Shown here piece after piece: positions 1 through 14,298 of a DNA stretch of 64,000 bases; the stretch's first letter is position 1; every line of letters begins with the position of its first letter. Below the pieces are notes generated by a model. The model was not told the DNA's origin. It made no database searches and was given only the letters and a program-made list of their open reading frames with translations. Source of the stretch: Octopus vulgaris (lineage: Eukaryota); NCBI GenBank assembly GCA_951406725.2, contig OX597828.1, forward strand, positions 37,324,001-37,388,000. The letters are read 5' to 3'. The translations under genes and the position numbers were made by a program.

Positions 1-137
1 ATATATATATATACATACATACATACATATATACATACATATGTGTACATACAAACATATATATATGTGTATGTTTGTGTGCTTGTGTTTGTTCCTCCAC
101 CATCGCTTATTATTCTGAGTTCGATTCCAAGCAGTGA

Positions 138-141
<4 letters not shown>

Positions 142-203
<62 letters not shown>

Positions 204-250
204 TAATAATAGTAATATAAATAATAATAATAATAATAATAAAAATAATA

Positions 251-316
<66 letters not shown>

Positions 317-355
317 GTAATATAAATAATAATAATAATAATAATAAAAATAATA

Positions 356-442
<87 letters not shown>

Positions 443-445
443 GTA

Positions 446-520
<75 letters not shown>

Positions 521-560
521 TAATAATAATAGTATTAATAATAATACTACTAATAATAAT
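142..560. repeat. (AAT)n microsatellite
   Basis: Directly visible; explains the poly-Asn ORF 43..618. Confidence 0.97.
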
Positions 561-574
561 GATGATGATGATGA

Positions 575-1117
575 CGCAGTACCAGGCAGTGACTCTCATG
601 GCTCCTGATCTTAACTGATTGGAAGTGTTATCATGTACATTCTTTTGTTTTGGTATAAAAGATGGGCTACAGCAAATATTCAGCTCAATACCACAGATTT
701 GCTTGTCAGTTGTCCGACCGTAACCAGTTGAGCATGTCCCTTTGTGTCTGATGATATGTGCATCTCTGATCACGAGCAGAAGTAGTGGGGGAGCATCATA
801 GCTGTGTGTTGAAAGGAATTGTTGGAGGTTTGGTTAATTCACCTTTGGAAGCATAGGTGTTTCGTTCAACATCCTTAAACAACCCTTATTCCAGGACCTT
901 TTGAGCAGGGTGGGCTACTAGACCTGAAGATGATTCTAACTGGGCCCCACCTGCAAGATTATGTTTATCTTGATATGAAATCACCATGTCGTGCACATAT
1001 GGTTATAATGCATGTGCGCAGTGTACCCTTATCTGACGGGTAGTCATGATGGGCATACTGGGTTTCGTATATTTTACCCAGTGTCAATTCGATGGCATGC
1101 ACTGCTCTCTCTCACTC
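575..1117. mobile_element. Unclassified interspersed repeat embedded in (AAT)n
   Basis: Flanked by AAT tracts on both sides; ~970-1112 is the reverse complement of ~36112-36252, so it is multicopy. Confidence 0.55.
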
Positions 1118-1129
1118 AATAACAATAAA

Positions 1130-1177
<48 letters not shown>

Positions 1178-1178
1178 G

Positions 1179-1376
1179 ATTTCAAATTTTAGCTCAAGGC
1201 CAGCAATTTTGGGGAAGTGGGTAGGTCAATTACATTGACCTCAGTGCACAGCTGGTACTTATTTGATCGATTTCTAAAGAATGAAAGGCAAAGTCGACTT
1301 CGGCAGAATTTGAACTCAGAACACGTTAAGACGGACGAAATGCTGCTAAGTGTGGCAACGTTTCTGTCAGTTCACC

Positions 1377-1378
<2 letters not shown>
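1179..1378 (-). mobile_element. SINE family A copy (degenerate)
   Basis: Reverse complement of the family core GAGTTCAAATTC.GCCGA.GTCGACTTTGCCTTTCAT...AAGTACCAG. Confidence 0.8.
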
Positions 1379-1508
<130 letters not shown>

Positions 1509-2207
1509 ATGTTTCTCATGCACACAAAAATAAAAAAGCATGAAATAATTTTGTTAATGCTTCGTTTAGCTTTAATCTGTGAATAACTACAGCAAAACTT
1601 TTGTTTCATTTATGAATTACATATCTTCCGAAATCATAAATTTGATAACGTTGTTGTAGCAGAGATAATGCTACATTAAGCTTTAGTTGTTCACAAAATA
1701 TTGCTACCAAAATTGTAAAGATTAATATTAAATATTTTAGACTGCTGTCTCTATCTAATTCGTCCCATTTTGTAACCACATAAGATGTCCATTAAATAAT
1801 TTATGTCTTTCGAAACCGGTCGTTTATTATGCAATGGTATTTACAGCTAATGATTTTGTTTCTGCAGATTATATCAGGTTGACTGCAAATTGTTTGAAGT
1901 TAATATTTAATCAACATAAATAATCTTTCAGAAATAGAGAAAGATCTTCTTAGGCAAATCTATAAAACTGCATCTGGTTTCTCAAAATTAACAATATCAG
2001 AATCTAAAACTACTTGGGCGGCTATTAATGTAAGACACACCATATACTCAGGGTTGCGGTTTTGCAATTCTGCAAAAAAAAAAAAAATGAATATATTCTG
2101 CGAAATGTGTTGGGTTCTAAATACTCATCCAGGACTTTTGCTTTTATTTACAATAAATTGAAAAATTTGGCGACATATTTCTTAATACCTATTGGCATAA
2201 TTTTGTC

Positions 2208-2578
2208 GACACTCCGTCAGTTACGACGACGAGGCTTCCAGTTGATTCGATCAACGGAAGAGCCTGCACGTGAAATTAACGTGCAAGTGGCTGAGCACTC
2301 CACAGACACATGTACCCTTAACGTTGTTCTCGGGGGAGATTCAGCGTGACACAGAGTGTGACAAGGCTGGATTTTTGAAATACAGGTACAACAGAAAGAG
2401 TGAGAGAAAGTTGAAGTGAAAGAGTATAGCAGGGTTCGCCACCATTCCCTGCCAAAGCTCCGTAGGACTTTAGGTATTTTCGCTCAATAAACACTCACAA
2501 CGCCGGTCTGGGAATAGAAACAGCGATCCTACGAACACGAGTCCGCTGCCCTAATCACTGGGCCATTGCACCTCCACA
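2208..2578 (-). mobile_element. SINE family C copy with long tail
   Basis: Reverse complement of tRNA-like head GTGGAGGTGCAATGGCCCAGTG (A box); same body at 13339-13680 and 39163-39465. Confidence 0.85.
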
Positions 2579-3097
2579 AATGGCATTATGATACGTAGCA
2601 TATTCTCATCACTATGAAACCATTCTATCTATCATTAATTTACCATATGCTTTGGTTATATAAATGTGCGTTCTTCTTCATCTTCGCCTCCTTCCATCCA
2701 CGATCATCCGGACGGAAACCATCTGACATATTAGCATAAAATCACTTACGATCGTGTACTCTTTTCAAATGAGGATACTCGTAGCTGACACTACATATTC
2801 GTCTGCTCTTCAGAACTGGCTGATTCTCTGTCATCTTTCAGATTGTTCAGATATTTCACATCCTTTAATCCGTCCATTTTGTGTCACACTTTAATTAACA
2901 CGCTCAAATCCTTCTTCTCAAGAAGGATTTGAGCGTGTTAATTACTGTTCATTAGTCTCTCTGGAACCCTTCGCTATATCCATCATGTTCCCGCAGGTAT
3001 TGACTTGATCCGAATCTTAATGGTATAAATCTCACCTGTCTTAGAGAGCTTGTGTGAAGAATATGGCCATAACAATCGAAAATTCAAAAGTGGACAT

Positions 3098-3169
3098 TTC
3101 CTTTCCTTCCTTCGTTCCTTCCTTGCTTCTTTCCTTTCTTTCTTCCTTCCTTCCTTCCTTCCTTCCTTC

Positions 3170-3208
<39 letters not shown>

Positions 3209-4298
3209 GCTTTCTTTCGTTCTTTCTTCCTTCCTTCCTCCCTATCTTCATTCATTCATCTTGCCTTATTCATTTGGCGAATTAAAGAAATAGACATATC
3301 CAATAGTGGACATTTCCTTCCTTCCTTCCTTCCTTCCTTCCTGTCTTCATTCATTCATTCATTGATCTTGCTTTATATATCTGGCGAATTAGATAGTCAG
3401 ATTATTCAATATTCAATGGTGTACATTTCATTCCTTTCTTTCTTCGTTCTCTCGTTCGCGCGATCCTTCATTCCTACCGTCCTTCAGTCTTTCATTCATT
3501 GAGTCTGTTCACCAGTCATTCATGCTTCCATTTATCTCTTTCGATTCTTGTATTCTTTCTCTCGGATTTGCATTCACTTTCCTACGTTCTTCGTTTTCTT
3601 TTTCTTTGATGCTTCTAATCTTCCATTCGTTCTTTTTTTCTTTCCTTAGACTTTTCCTTCTGTCCGTCTTTTCTTTTCATTTATCTTTCTACCCTTTCAG
3701 TCTTGCCTCCTTTTTCTTACCTCGTTTTCTTTCTTTCTACTTTCTTTCTTTCTTTCTTTCTTTCTTTCGTTTGTTTGTTCGTTCGTTTGTTCGTTCGTTC
3801 GTTCCTTCCTTCCTTCCTACTTTCCTTCCATTCTGTGTTTCTTTTTTCTTCCTCTCCTTTCTTTTTATTTCTTTCTTTCTTTCTTTCCTTCTTCCTTTTC
3901 TTTCTTTCTTCTTTCTTTGTTTTCTTTCTTTCTTCCCTCTTTCATCTCTTTCTTTCTTTTTCCTTTCTTTTTTCCATCTTTCCTTTTTCTTCCTTCTCTT
4001 CTTTCATATTTTATTTGTTTGTTTGTTTGTTTGTTTCTTTCCTTCTTCCTGTCTTTCTTTTCTTTCGTCTTTATTTCTCTCTCACTCTTTCTTTCTTTCT
4101 TTCTTTTTTCGTTCGTTCGTTTCTTTTTCTTTTTCCTTCTTTTCTTTCTTTATTTGTTTTTCTTCCTTTCTTCCCTCCTTTTTCTTTCTTCCCTCCATTC
4201 TTTCTTTCTTTCTTCGTTCGTTCGTTCCTTTCTTCCTTTTCTTTTTTCCTTCCTTCCTTTCTTCCTTCTTTCATTTCTTTTCTTTCTTGCTTTCGTTT

Positions 4299-4337
<39 letters not shown>

Positions 4338-4560
4338 CTTCCTTTCTTTGTTTCTCCCCCCCACCCAATATTCCGTCCTTTTCTTTAAATCCTTCACAAT
4401 ATCTCTTGTTTCCATCGCTGCAATTATCATTGAATAATTCCCATTTCTCTCTCTCCTTCGTTCATCTCTTATCTCTTTCCTCCTTCCTCTCATTTCTTCA
4501 ATATTTCTATTGCTTCTTTTGTTTGTTTGTTTGCTTTTTTTCCTTTTCTTCCTTAATTTC
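3098..4560. repeat. Long polypyrimidine/polypurine low-complexity tract (TTTC/TTCC/TTCG)
   Basis: Directly visible; source of the Phe/Leu/Ser-rich pseudo-ORFs. Confidence 0.95.
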
Positions 4561-4595
4561 TTCCTGCTTTATTGCAGATCTTCCTCTTGAATGCT

Positions 4596-5205
4596 CACAC
4601 ACACACACATAAATAACGCGCGCGCACACATACATAATGCACACACATATACAAACATACATCCACATCCACATACACACACACATATAATACATACACA
4701 CAAATCATGCATACACACACATACACACGCATACATAACGCACGCACACACATATATACACAAACATACTCACACATACATAACGCACACACACATACAT
4801 AACGCAAACATACGCACATACACACACATACACACATACATAACGCACGCACACACATACACACACAAACATACACACATACATAACGCACACACACATA
4901 CATAACGCAAACATGCACATACACACACATACACACATAATGCACACACACTCACTCACACACGCGTACTCCTACATGCACACACACGCGTCTCTTGCCA
5001 CCTCTCACCGTCTTATTATTGATATACATACAAACTATTCAGACACTGCACACGCACAAACACACACACACACACATACGCACACACACATATATGTACA
5101 CAGACTCACACACACATACATACATGTAGACAGACTCACACACACATGTACACAGACTCACACACACATGTACACAGACTCACACACACACACACTCACA
5201 TATAT
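4596..5205. repeat. CA-rich compound microsatellite with recurring ACATAACGC units
   Basis: Directly visible. Confidence 0.9.
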
Positions 5206-5429
5206 GCGTTTAATATAAGAGCTCACACATAAGTAGATGAATGAAAGTGTATTTTTCTTAGTCTTGTGTGTGCATGTGTGTGTGTGCGCGCATTTATGTG
5301 TGTGCTCTGTAATATGAATATTGCATAGTGGTTTGCGTGCAATTGTGGGTGGCGGAGGCGGTAATGGCGTTCTTCTTGGTGTTGTTGCGGTGGTGGTGTT
5401 GGTGGTGTTGGCGATGTCGGTTATGGTCG

Positions 5430-5740
5430 GTAGAGGATTAATGGGTTTTAATTGGAATTTCCAACAGATTAAGCACTTACGGTAATTGAAGCTGTCTATA
5501 AAAGACTTAAAACACTCTCTTCTGCACCACCGTCGCCGTCGCCACCACCACCGCCGCCGCCGCCACCACCATCAGCGAAAACACACGAGTTCGAACAAAG
5601 ACGGAAACACAGAAACACACAAACAAAATGAAACAAAACGCCGGCATTAATCCGATTAGAAACACGGTCGGAGAAAATAGTGGATTAGCAGCGATAAATA
5701 GCAGAGAACTTCAGAATGGATCACGTGATTTATGGACAGC
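5430..5740. promoter_or_regulatory. Candidate cis-regulatory module rich in homeodomain sites
   Basis: GGATTA 5435-5440 and 5682-5687; TAATTG twice; TATAAAA 5497-5503; P3 palindrome TAATCCGATTA 5648-5658; E-box CACGTG 5722-5727 overlapping PBX-HOX consensus TGATTTATGG 5726-5735. Confidence 0.45.
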
Positions 5741-6347
5741 AGAATGCTTGAGCAGCAAGAGCAACAACAAACAAATACAAAAAAAGACGAAGAAGAACAA
5801 CAACAACAATAGCAACAGCAACATCAAAATTAAACAGCACTTCTTATACAACAACAACAACAACCACAATGAAGATAACGACGACGACGACGACGACGAC
5901 GGCGACGATAACGACGGTGACGAAGGTGATATCGACGACGACGACGACGTGTACACCAACAGAAACGAGTGTAATAAAGAGGCGAACATCTGCAACAGGC
6001 ATTTAAATATTGTTTCTACCATTGAAGCATATTGTTTCCAATTGAGGCACAAGGTCAGCAATTTTGTGAGGAGGGGGGTTTGTTGGTATCATCGATGCCT
6101 CTTGTAGGGTGCTAGAAATAGCAACCAAATTTCTATCGAATTAGTTCGTTGGCCTTTTGCGGCGTGGTCTTTCGGTATTGCAGAGATAGTGCCTTAACCA
6201 ATTCTGCTGTACCTGGCCTGATTATTCCAGAAGTAAGTTCTCATCCCAAGAACACTTATCAACTCTCAAATCGGTGCCCTGCTACAAAGGAAGGATTAGT
6301 CAATTCGTTTAGAGCACCCATGGCACCGCAAGGGATGCCAGATATAC

Positions 6348-6962
6348 TTTTCTACTCTAGGCACAAGGCCCGAAATTTGGGGGTGGGGAGGAGGCTGATC
6401 GATTAGATCGATCTAGCACGCAACTGGTACTTAATTTATTGACCCCGAAGAGATGAAAGGGAAAGTCGAGCTCGGCATAATATGAATGCAGAACGTAAAG
6501 ACAGGCGAAATACCGCTAAGCATTTCGCCGACGAGCTAACTTTTCTTGTTTCTTTATTGCTCACAAGGGACTAAACATAGAGGGGACAAACAATGACAGA
6601 CAAACGGATTAAGTCGATTACATCGACCCAAGTGCGTATCTGGTACTTAATTTATCGACACCGAAAGGATGAAAGGCAAAGTCGACCTCGGCGGAATTTG
6701 GACTCTGAACGTAACGACAGACGAAATACCTATTTCTTTACTACCCACAAGGGGCTAAACACAGAGAGGACAAACAAGGACAGACAAACGGATTAAGTCA
6801 ATTACATCGAGCCAAGTGCGTATCTGGTACTTAATTTATCGACACCGAAAGGTTGAAAGGCAAAGTCAACCTCGGCGGAATTTGGACTCTGAACGTAACG
6901 ACAGACGAAATACGGCTAAGCATTTCGCCCGGCGTGTTAACGTTTCTGCGAGCTCCCCGCCT
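6348..6962 (-). mobile_element. Compound (tandem) SINE family A
   Basis: Three consecutive A-core units: two with tail 1 (..GTCTGTC.TTGTTTGTCC..) and one with tail 2 (..GGGCCTTGTGCCTAGAGTAGAAAAG). Confidence 0.85.
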
Positions 6963-7663
6963 TCAAGCGATGCCAGATATTGCTTCGGTATAACCGTACA
7001 TATGTGCCTTAGGACCTCTTTCTTTCTGATTTTCTGTACAAGTTTAACCCCTTAATCTTCTTTCAATCGCTGGATAAATTACCTCACAGGGCAGCAAAGC
7101 TTATTATTGTAGCAGGCATAGACCGAGCAGAGCCTGTCCCACTCTCTCGTCCGTCACACTAATATTGGTTTGGTGCAACAAGTGCCACAAACACAGTAGT
7201 TATCAGTATACAGGTTCTATATGGATTTAACTTCTCTTTAATAAGCATCAAAAGTGACAAGAGTTCTTTTCTGCCTGTTGAGATGTCTGTCACTGACCTT
7301 CTTCCAAAGGCAATTCCTAAACATACTAATTCACACACAGGTAGAACATCAAAAAATCGACTCACTGCATTCACGTTAGCCTCTGATATTATTTTTCATC
7401 GTTCATTATTTTTCATCGAGAATACGTTCGTTTGAATTCCTTTATCAGTTCACCCATCATATCATTTGGCAGTGCTTTATTCAATCTCCTTACGAACATG
7501 TTTCCAATATCATTGGAAATGCTAACAGTGATTTGTTAGTTTGCAACTGCTACACAACCCTTCCTGAACATTCTGAGTGTCTGGGGATGTGAAAAATGAA
7601 AAATATATAAATGATTCTGTTTGCAGTACAATAACTATAGACCTTTTTGATGCTATTTTTATG

Positions 7664-9101
7664 TACCAGGTTGAGTAATGAGTGTCTTCTTATTCCAATC
7701 TTTAATCACTAGTTCAAACATATTACATAGCTAAAAACGTTTATTCACCAAAGTATATTCCTTAATATTCTGTTGTTGTCATCGTTGTGCCAGAAGCTCA
7801 ATTTCACGCTTTTACCAATTGTCTGATTTAGAACTTACACATCTCCCTGTACTCATTGTCATCTTCATCCACATTAGTAAATCTAAGTCCGTGCAAAATA
7901 TGAGCCATGGGTCAAAAAAGTGGGAAGCTGATGGTCCAATGTCTGGAGTATAAAGAGGCTGAGCTAGCACTGCCAGGTTCTCAGTATCCTCAAGTTTGCG
8001 CTTGATCACATTGACAGTGTGTTCAGGGGCATTGTCGTGCAGTAGGTGTACGAGTCTTCGACTGACCAATGGTAGGGAGCAGGTTTTCGACGTTTCATAT
8101 ACGGGTTGAGCATAAAGGTTAGTGTTCACATTATAACCATCTGGGACCGGTTCAAAGTGCAACACCTCCACCTCCGAAATTCCACCAAAGATACAACATG
8201 ATTTCATGTTCCAACCGACCTTATTTAACAACAAGTGAAACCAGGCTGGAACGAAACTGCCGATTTAGATTCATTTTTCAATCCGGCATAAAAAAAGGGG
8301 TCTCAAGGACTTGACATCATTTGTTTGCAAATGCTGACACGTCGTTGAGAATAGTCATTGGTCAGTTTATGAGAAGCTTCTCTCCAACATCTATTCACAT
8401 GCTCGAGCTTATGGATGTGTCGATTGGTGTTTTATGAAGGACCAAGTTCTGCCGACAATGTACAAATGCTTTTGCTCTGTTGTTATTCAACCATTGCCAA
8501 CAAGGCCTCATCTTTCACCACAGAAAATCTCCTTGACCATGGTTTGTCTTCGAGGCTGGTGTCACCTTCCTTGAATCATCTGAACTACTTTTGTGCCAGA
8601 AGTTCTTTGAGCTGGCAGAGACGTTAGCACGCCGGGCGAAATGCTTAGCCATATTTCGTCTGTCGTTACGTTCTGAGTTCAAATTCCGCCGAGGTCGACT
8701 TTGCGTTTCATCCTTTCGGTGTTGATAAATTAAGTACCAGTAATACACTGGGGTCGATGTAATCAACTTAATCCCTTTGTCTGTCCTTGTTTGTCCCCGC
8801 TATGTTTAGCCCCTTGTGGACAATAAAGAAATAAGAAATTCTTTTACTGTTCCTAGATCTTCCACGTCATTAATTTCTTTTCTAGCTGTCCTTGCACTTA
8901 GTTCTTTTTCCCGTAAGAGAGAGTAAGATAGCTCTAAGTGAAATTTTGACCACTCGTTATGAAAGCTGTAAAATAAAGCATAAATAATTAATATTTATAT
9001 ATTTTTATGAAAGAAAAGAATACACAAATCATCAACGATTGAACAAGTTGTATCAAATTAATGATAAAATCCGAAAAAAAAATTTCTCGCTCAACTTGGT
9101 A
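7664..9101 (-). mobile_element. Decayed mariner (Tc1/mariner) DNA transposon interrupted by a SINE
   Basis: ORF 7812..8234(-) has LHDNAPEH and LAQPLYTPDIGPSASHFF (mariner HDNARPH / HPPYSPDLAPSD). Ends TACCAGGTTGAG and CTCAACTTGGTA are an 11/12 inverted match. About 1.2 kb after removing the SINE. Confidence 0.8.
8609..8834 (+). mobile_element. SINE family A (tail 1) inserted in the mariner
   Basis: Near-complete copy with imperfect TSD AGAAGTTCTTT / AGAAATTCTTT. Confidence 0.88.
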
Positions 9102-9303
<202 letters not shown>

Positions 9304-9305
<2 letters not shown>

Positions 9306-9788
9306 ATAAATCCTCGAGTATAATCCGCATTTTCCCAAAATTTAATGATCAAATAGTGCGTGTTATACATGAGGTTAAAAATGAAAATTATTCTCTAAGC
9401 AATGTTCAAGTATCTATTTGCCGTCCGGCAATGTGATATCGGGCGTGAAAATACCTTAAGCTAAACTTGAAAGCAATGAAGTCATAAAAGAATCATCCAT
9501 AATTTGCAATAAGCAACATTTATTAAACGTTATTACTGTTATTTCTTTATTTTCTGCAAACAAAATGCACAAAAATGCTACACGTTTGCATTATGTTATA
9601 TATACAATAATAATAAAGTATGTTGCCGTATACATTTTTACAAACTAAGGGCGTTATATAGACCTCCTTGACTCAAGTTTGTGAAGGGCTGCGTACTATA
9701 TACAAGGTTTAGGTTTTTCAGAGTCACTGCCCCCTAAAATTCCCCTGGGTATTATACTCAAGTGCGGACTATACTCGAGGATTTACAG
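9304..9788. mobile_element. MITE, Tc2/pogo-like
   Basis: TIRs CCATAAATCCTCGAGTATAATCCGCA and TGCGGACTATACTCGAGGATTTACAG, TA flanks, subterminal repeats of the TIR core. Confidence 0.8.
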
Positions 9789-9907
9789 TATATATATATA
9801 TATATATAAATATAGGGAAAATTTACGAAAAAAAAAACAAAAGACGAAGGCAGGTAGTGTAGAAAACAAACAGATGCATTAGTATAACGCTCGGGAACTG
9901 AAAAAGT

Positions 9908-9943
9908 CTTTTACGTTTCGAGCCTACGCTCTTCCACAGAAAG
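9908..9943 (-). ncRNA. Degenerate minimal type-I hammerhead ribozyme motif
   Basis: Minus strand: CUUU-CUGUGGA-A-GAGC(GUAG)GCUC-GAAA-CG-UA-AAAG; core has A6>U. Confidence 0.45.
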
Positions 9944-10892
9944 AAACAAGGCGAGAAACAAGGAGAGAGTAAAAATGTGTGTAGTGGCTACCGATCTATC
10001 ATACCTACACATATATGAACATCTACACAGTTTACGCCTACACAGTTTCACTCACAGTTCTTTGATGAATTCGAGGTTAATGTACAAGATATACAGTTTT
10101 CGAACATGGCTCACAAAATGGAATTGAAACCAAGCTGAAAATCGCATGCTTGAAGAGAATACTTCTAAATACATTCTCACCAATCACAAGTATTATCACT
10201 GCGCTGCATTTGTCCGTTAAAATTTAAAAAGAAAAACATATCAAATACACAAATATCTGTTATATAAACGAGTACATCGCCTTAGCTTCAACATATTTCA
10301 ATGTCTCTTCTAAATATTCTCTTTTATAGTTACTCATAAATTGAAATCCTATTCAGTAAGACGAAATGTTTTATGAGAATTAATTGGCAGAAATACCAAA
10401 GGAAATGAAATAAATATTGTGGAAATAAATTGTAATGAACTAGCTAACATTCCACTCAATTAATATTGTGTAAATCAATAGAATTCGGTGTAAAAAAAAT
10501 AATGATGGAAAAGAAAATAGACAGCCTTTGGTTATAAAGAATGAAATAATAATTTACAGTTAATCATAGCAATATATATTATTGGACTCGTTCTGAATAG
10601 AATTTATATTCGTTATTGATGTCTCGAAATTTTGTTTACATCATTTGAATACACACACACACGCGCGCACACACACACGCGCGCACACACACACGCGCGC
10701 ACACACACACATACACGCACACATAGGCGCGCGCATACACACACACACACACGCGTACACACACACATACACGCACACATAGGCGTGTGCATACACACAC
10801 ACACATTCATATTCATACGTACACATACGCACACATGAACATAATTTTATACATGACTTGATTAATTACGATATGTAAATATAATCACATGA

Positions 10893-10954
<62 letters not shown>

Positions 10955-11002
10955 TTATATATATATGAGTACATATATATAATATATATAGTATATATGT
11001 CC

Positions 11003-11059
<57 letters not shown>

Positions 11060-13013
11060 CACATACACATATACATATATATGTGTGTGTGTACACTCAT
11101 GCATACATGCATTATATATGTATGTGCGAGAGGGAGAGAGAGAACGAGAGAGAGAGAGAGATTTGTGCATATGTACCGTTTTATCTTTGTTTACTTGGGT
11201 GTATCGCTTTTATATAATCCTATTGAAATACAATATGTTTTCTTCTGGACTGTTTCCATGTTGGTTGTTAATACTTAAAAGATATTTCTGTTCGTATAAA
11301 TATAAATATGACATATAAAAATATATATATATATATATATATATTCCGAACATGCATTTAGACACTACAGATCTGGGTTTTGTTTTGTTTTATTTTACTC
11401 ATTTTATTTTACTGGTTTTAGACATGGAACTGCTGCTATGTTGGGAAATCGCCTGCAAAGATTTTGAGACGTTCGTTTTGACTCAAGTACGTTTTTTTAA
11501 ATGTAGCTCTTGTTTGTGAGTTCTATGGATTTGTGGAGTGTAGAACCACTTCTTAGTCACTTTTGTTTTCAGGTTTACTTTGCCCTGCAGAAGTAGCATC
11601 TGTCAGGATCCCTGCTATGGATTAATTTGCAATATTTAGGGCTTTTCCAGCTGTGTATGTGAAGACTGGATCCGGCAGATTCTACGAAAAACATTTTCAT
11701 GGTTGAACGGAGAAGGCGACTGTAGCTAAGTATTTTGGCGTGCAGAGAGAGTATAAGGCAAATAAAACATCTTGGTCGTCCACTGCACGTGGTTTCCATT
11801 CCCAGTCGTCTTGATCTCATCTAAACACTTGATTGAAGATGGTCACCGATGTAAGTGTGCGGTTGACGGTACGCAACTCTTCTTCACAAAATTAGAGCTC
11901 AAATCATCAGTCATCATTAAGGACGACTAGATTGTCCCCGTCACCCTGACTGATAAACATGGCGTATTTTAGCCGGTACTTATTTTATTGCTAAAGAATT
12001 GGGTAAAAAGGTATACAACATAAACTGCTCTAACTTGCTTAATGCTATTACAAATTCCACGAGTGGCTTTAGTGGACTCTACTAAAGTATTTAGGCCAGA
12101 TCTCAATCCTCGCAGTAACTTTCTCTGCTCCACCAACCAGATTTAGAGGTCTTGAAAAAGGTTATGGGAGCTGACATTATTTTTCTGACCAAAGAGTAAA
12201 CATATCTGTTTTGGAGATGGAGGTGCTTAGTTAAAGTATGTTTGTCTTATATTTTAATTTCTAAAGGCAAATTCACTGCAAATACCTTGCAGAAAAATAC
12301 CCTCTCACATGGTAAGAAGTATGAAAACACCATATCTGGCCAGTGCTTCCCTCTACCGGACTCCCAGACGTACGTTTCTCGTTATCCTTCTTAAATGCGA
12401 AATACCGGTGAGGGATAACCCACTTAAGAAGGATATCAAGCCCGAAATACACGTCTGGGAATCCATTGGAGGTAAGTACTTTTGCACCTTTTGCAATAAG
12501 AGAGCATTTTTGTTTTCTCCACGGTAACTGCAGAGAATTTGGCTTTAAAAATTAGAATATGTCACAAACTTATTTCAACTAACCTAAAGCTCATTTCTGC
12601 CTAATCTCTGCATGATGCCGATGCTGCTATTTTTGTCCCTTTTCTCTCTGTTGATGTTGTTTTGCAAAGAACATGGGGAGTTGAGTCAGTCTCACTAATT
12701 AAACTGCTCGTAATTATTTTATAGATCTCTGTAGAATTGACAAAAATGTAATCAACTCTGGCGGGATATGTGTTACACCATTTTGAAGAGTAATGAAATT
12801 GAAATCTCCTAAATCTTTTAATCCGGTGTTGCAGCAGTGTGTTGAAGTCATTTTCAAGGCTTTTAATTATCACAACTAATATTAATTTGATAATTAATAA
12901 TTATTTTTAATTTCAATGAATCTCGCTTTCTGGTTTCAACCAGTGGAAAACACCACCACCACCACTAGTAATAATAGTAATAATAATAACAGTGGCACTT
13001 TTCTTTTTTTGCT

Positions 13014-13083
<70 letters not shown>

Positions 13084-13338
13084 TAATAATAATAATGCTT
13101 TCAAATTCTTCTTTGCATGAATACATGTATAGCTTCTCTTTTTGTTCATCGATTTTCAGGTCATCAAGAGTCATTAGGTATTTCATGCTTTTACAACTCC
13201 CACACTATCATACATAATTTATAGTCACCTCAGAACCAAAATCTTGCCCGTACTGTGCCTCATAGGTTACAGTGACCCCTTGGTTAACATACAAAAAAAT
13301 TACCCTGGAGTAACATCCATATATTACATCTAATATCG

Positions 13339-13680
13339 TGGCACTCTGTCGGTTACGACGACGAGGGTTCCACTTGATCCAATCAACGGAAGAGCCTGCA
13401 CGTGAAATTAATGTGCAAGCGGCTGAGCGCTCCACAGACACGTGTGCCTTTAACGTGGTTCTCTGGGCGATTCAACGTGACACAGAGTGTAACAAGGCTG
13501 GCTCCTTTGAAATACAGGTACAACAGAAACAGGAAGAAAGAGTGAGAGAAAATTGTGGTGAAAGTGTAGAACAGGGTTCGCCACATCACCACACCCCTGC
13601 CGGATCCTCTTGGAGCTTTAGGGGTTTTTGCTCAATAAACACTCACAACGCCTGGTCTCTAGGAATCGAAACCGCGATCC
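13339..13680 (-). mobile_element. SINE family C copy, 5'-truncated
   Basis: Matches 2208-2530. Confidence 0.85.
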
Positions 13681-14015
13681 AACACAGCTCATATATTGAA
13701 GAACCAATCGATAGACAAACGTTTGGCACAGCAGATCGGCCTGTCACCTCGTATCATCCTTGGCTCCCTAAACTAAACAAAAAATGCTATATACTTTGCG
13801 TTAATCTTTGAAGCTACATCAGCTCCCATATTGGTTACGGATTTCTCTGACTACTCTTTGCGGCTACCCTAAAATATCCCATGCTCTCTGAGAGTCAAAG
13901 CTATCCCCTTTGCTTTCTACTGTTTCTCCAATAAAATCTTTGGGTAAGAAGCAACAATTTCTGATTGACTTTCCCCGCAATACTTTTCTTTTTCTCTGAA
14001 AACTTCAATATATAT

Positions 14016-14298
14016 ATAAAGTGATAGTTTATTGCCAACTTAATGTGGCAGTCCCAGGAAAGGGAAGAATGCTAATGTTATTTAGCTCCAAGAAACACCC
14101 TTTCTATTTGGCTACCTGATACAAGCCTTCTGTGTCCTTAGGTTTTCAAGCAGCGGAGATAAACACCTCTACTTAAGGACACAGAACGCTTGTGTCACGT
14201 AACTAAGAAGAAACGGTGTTTCTTGGGGCTAAATAACAGTAGCATTCTTCCGTTTCCTGGGACTGCCACATGAAGTTGGCAACAAACCATCACTTTAT
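14016..14298. mobile_element. MITE with ~84-bp terminal inverted repeats
   Basis: 14016-14099 is an imperfect reverse complement of 14215-14298; adjacent TA tract on the left. Confidence 0.8.

Noticed and set aside
5628-6107. 159-aa ORF with Asn/Asp runs downstream of a TATA-like motif
   Set aside because: Mostly AAC/GAC triplet repeats running into a SINE tail; no recognisable domain.
12300-12530. IPVRDN..CTFC reminiscent of an L1/Tx1 C-terminal zinc finger
   Set aside because: Too degenerate to call without an alignment.
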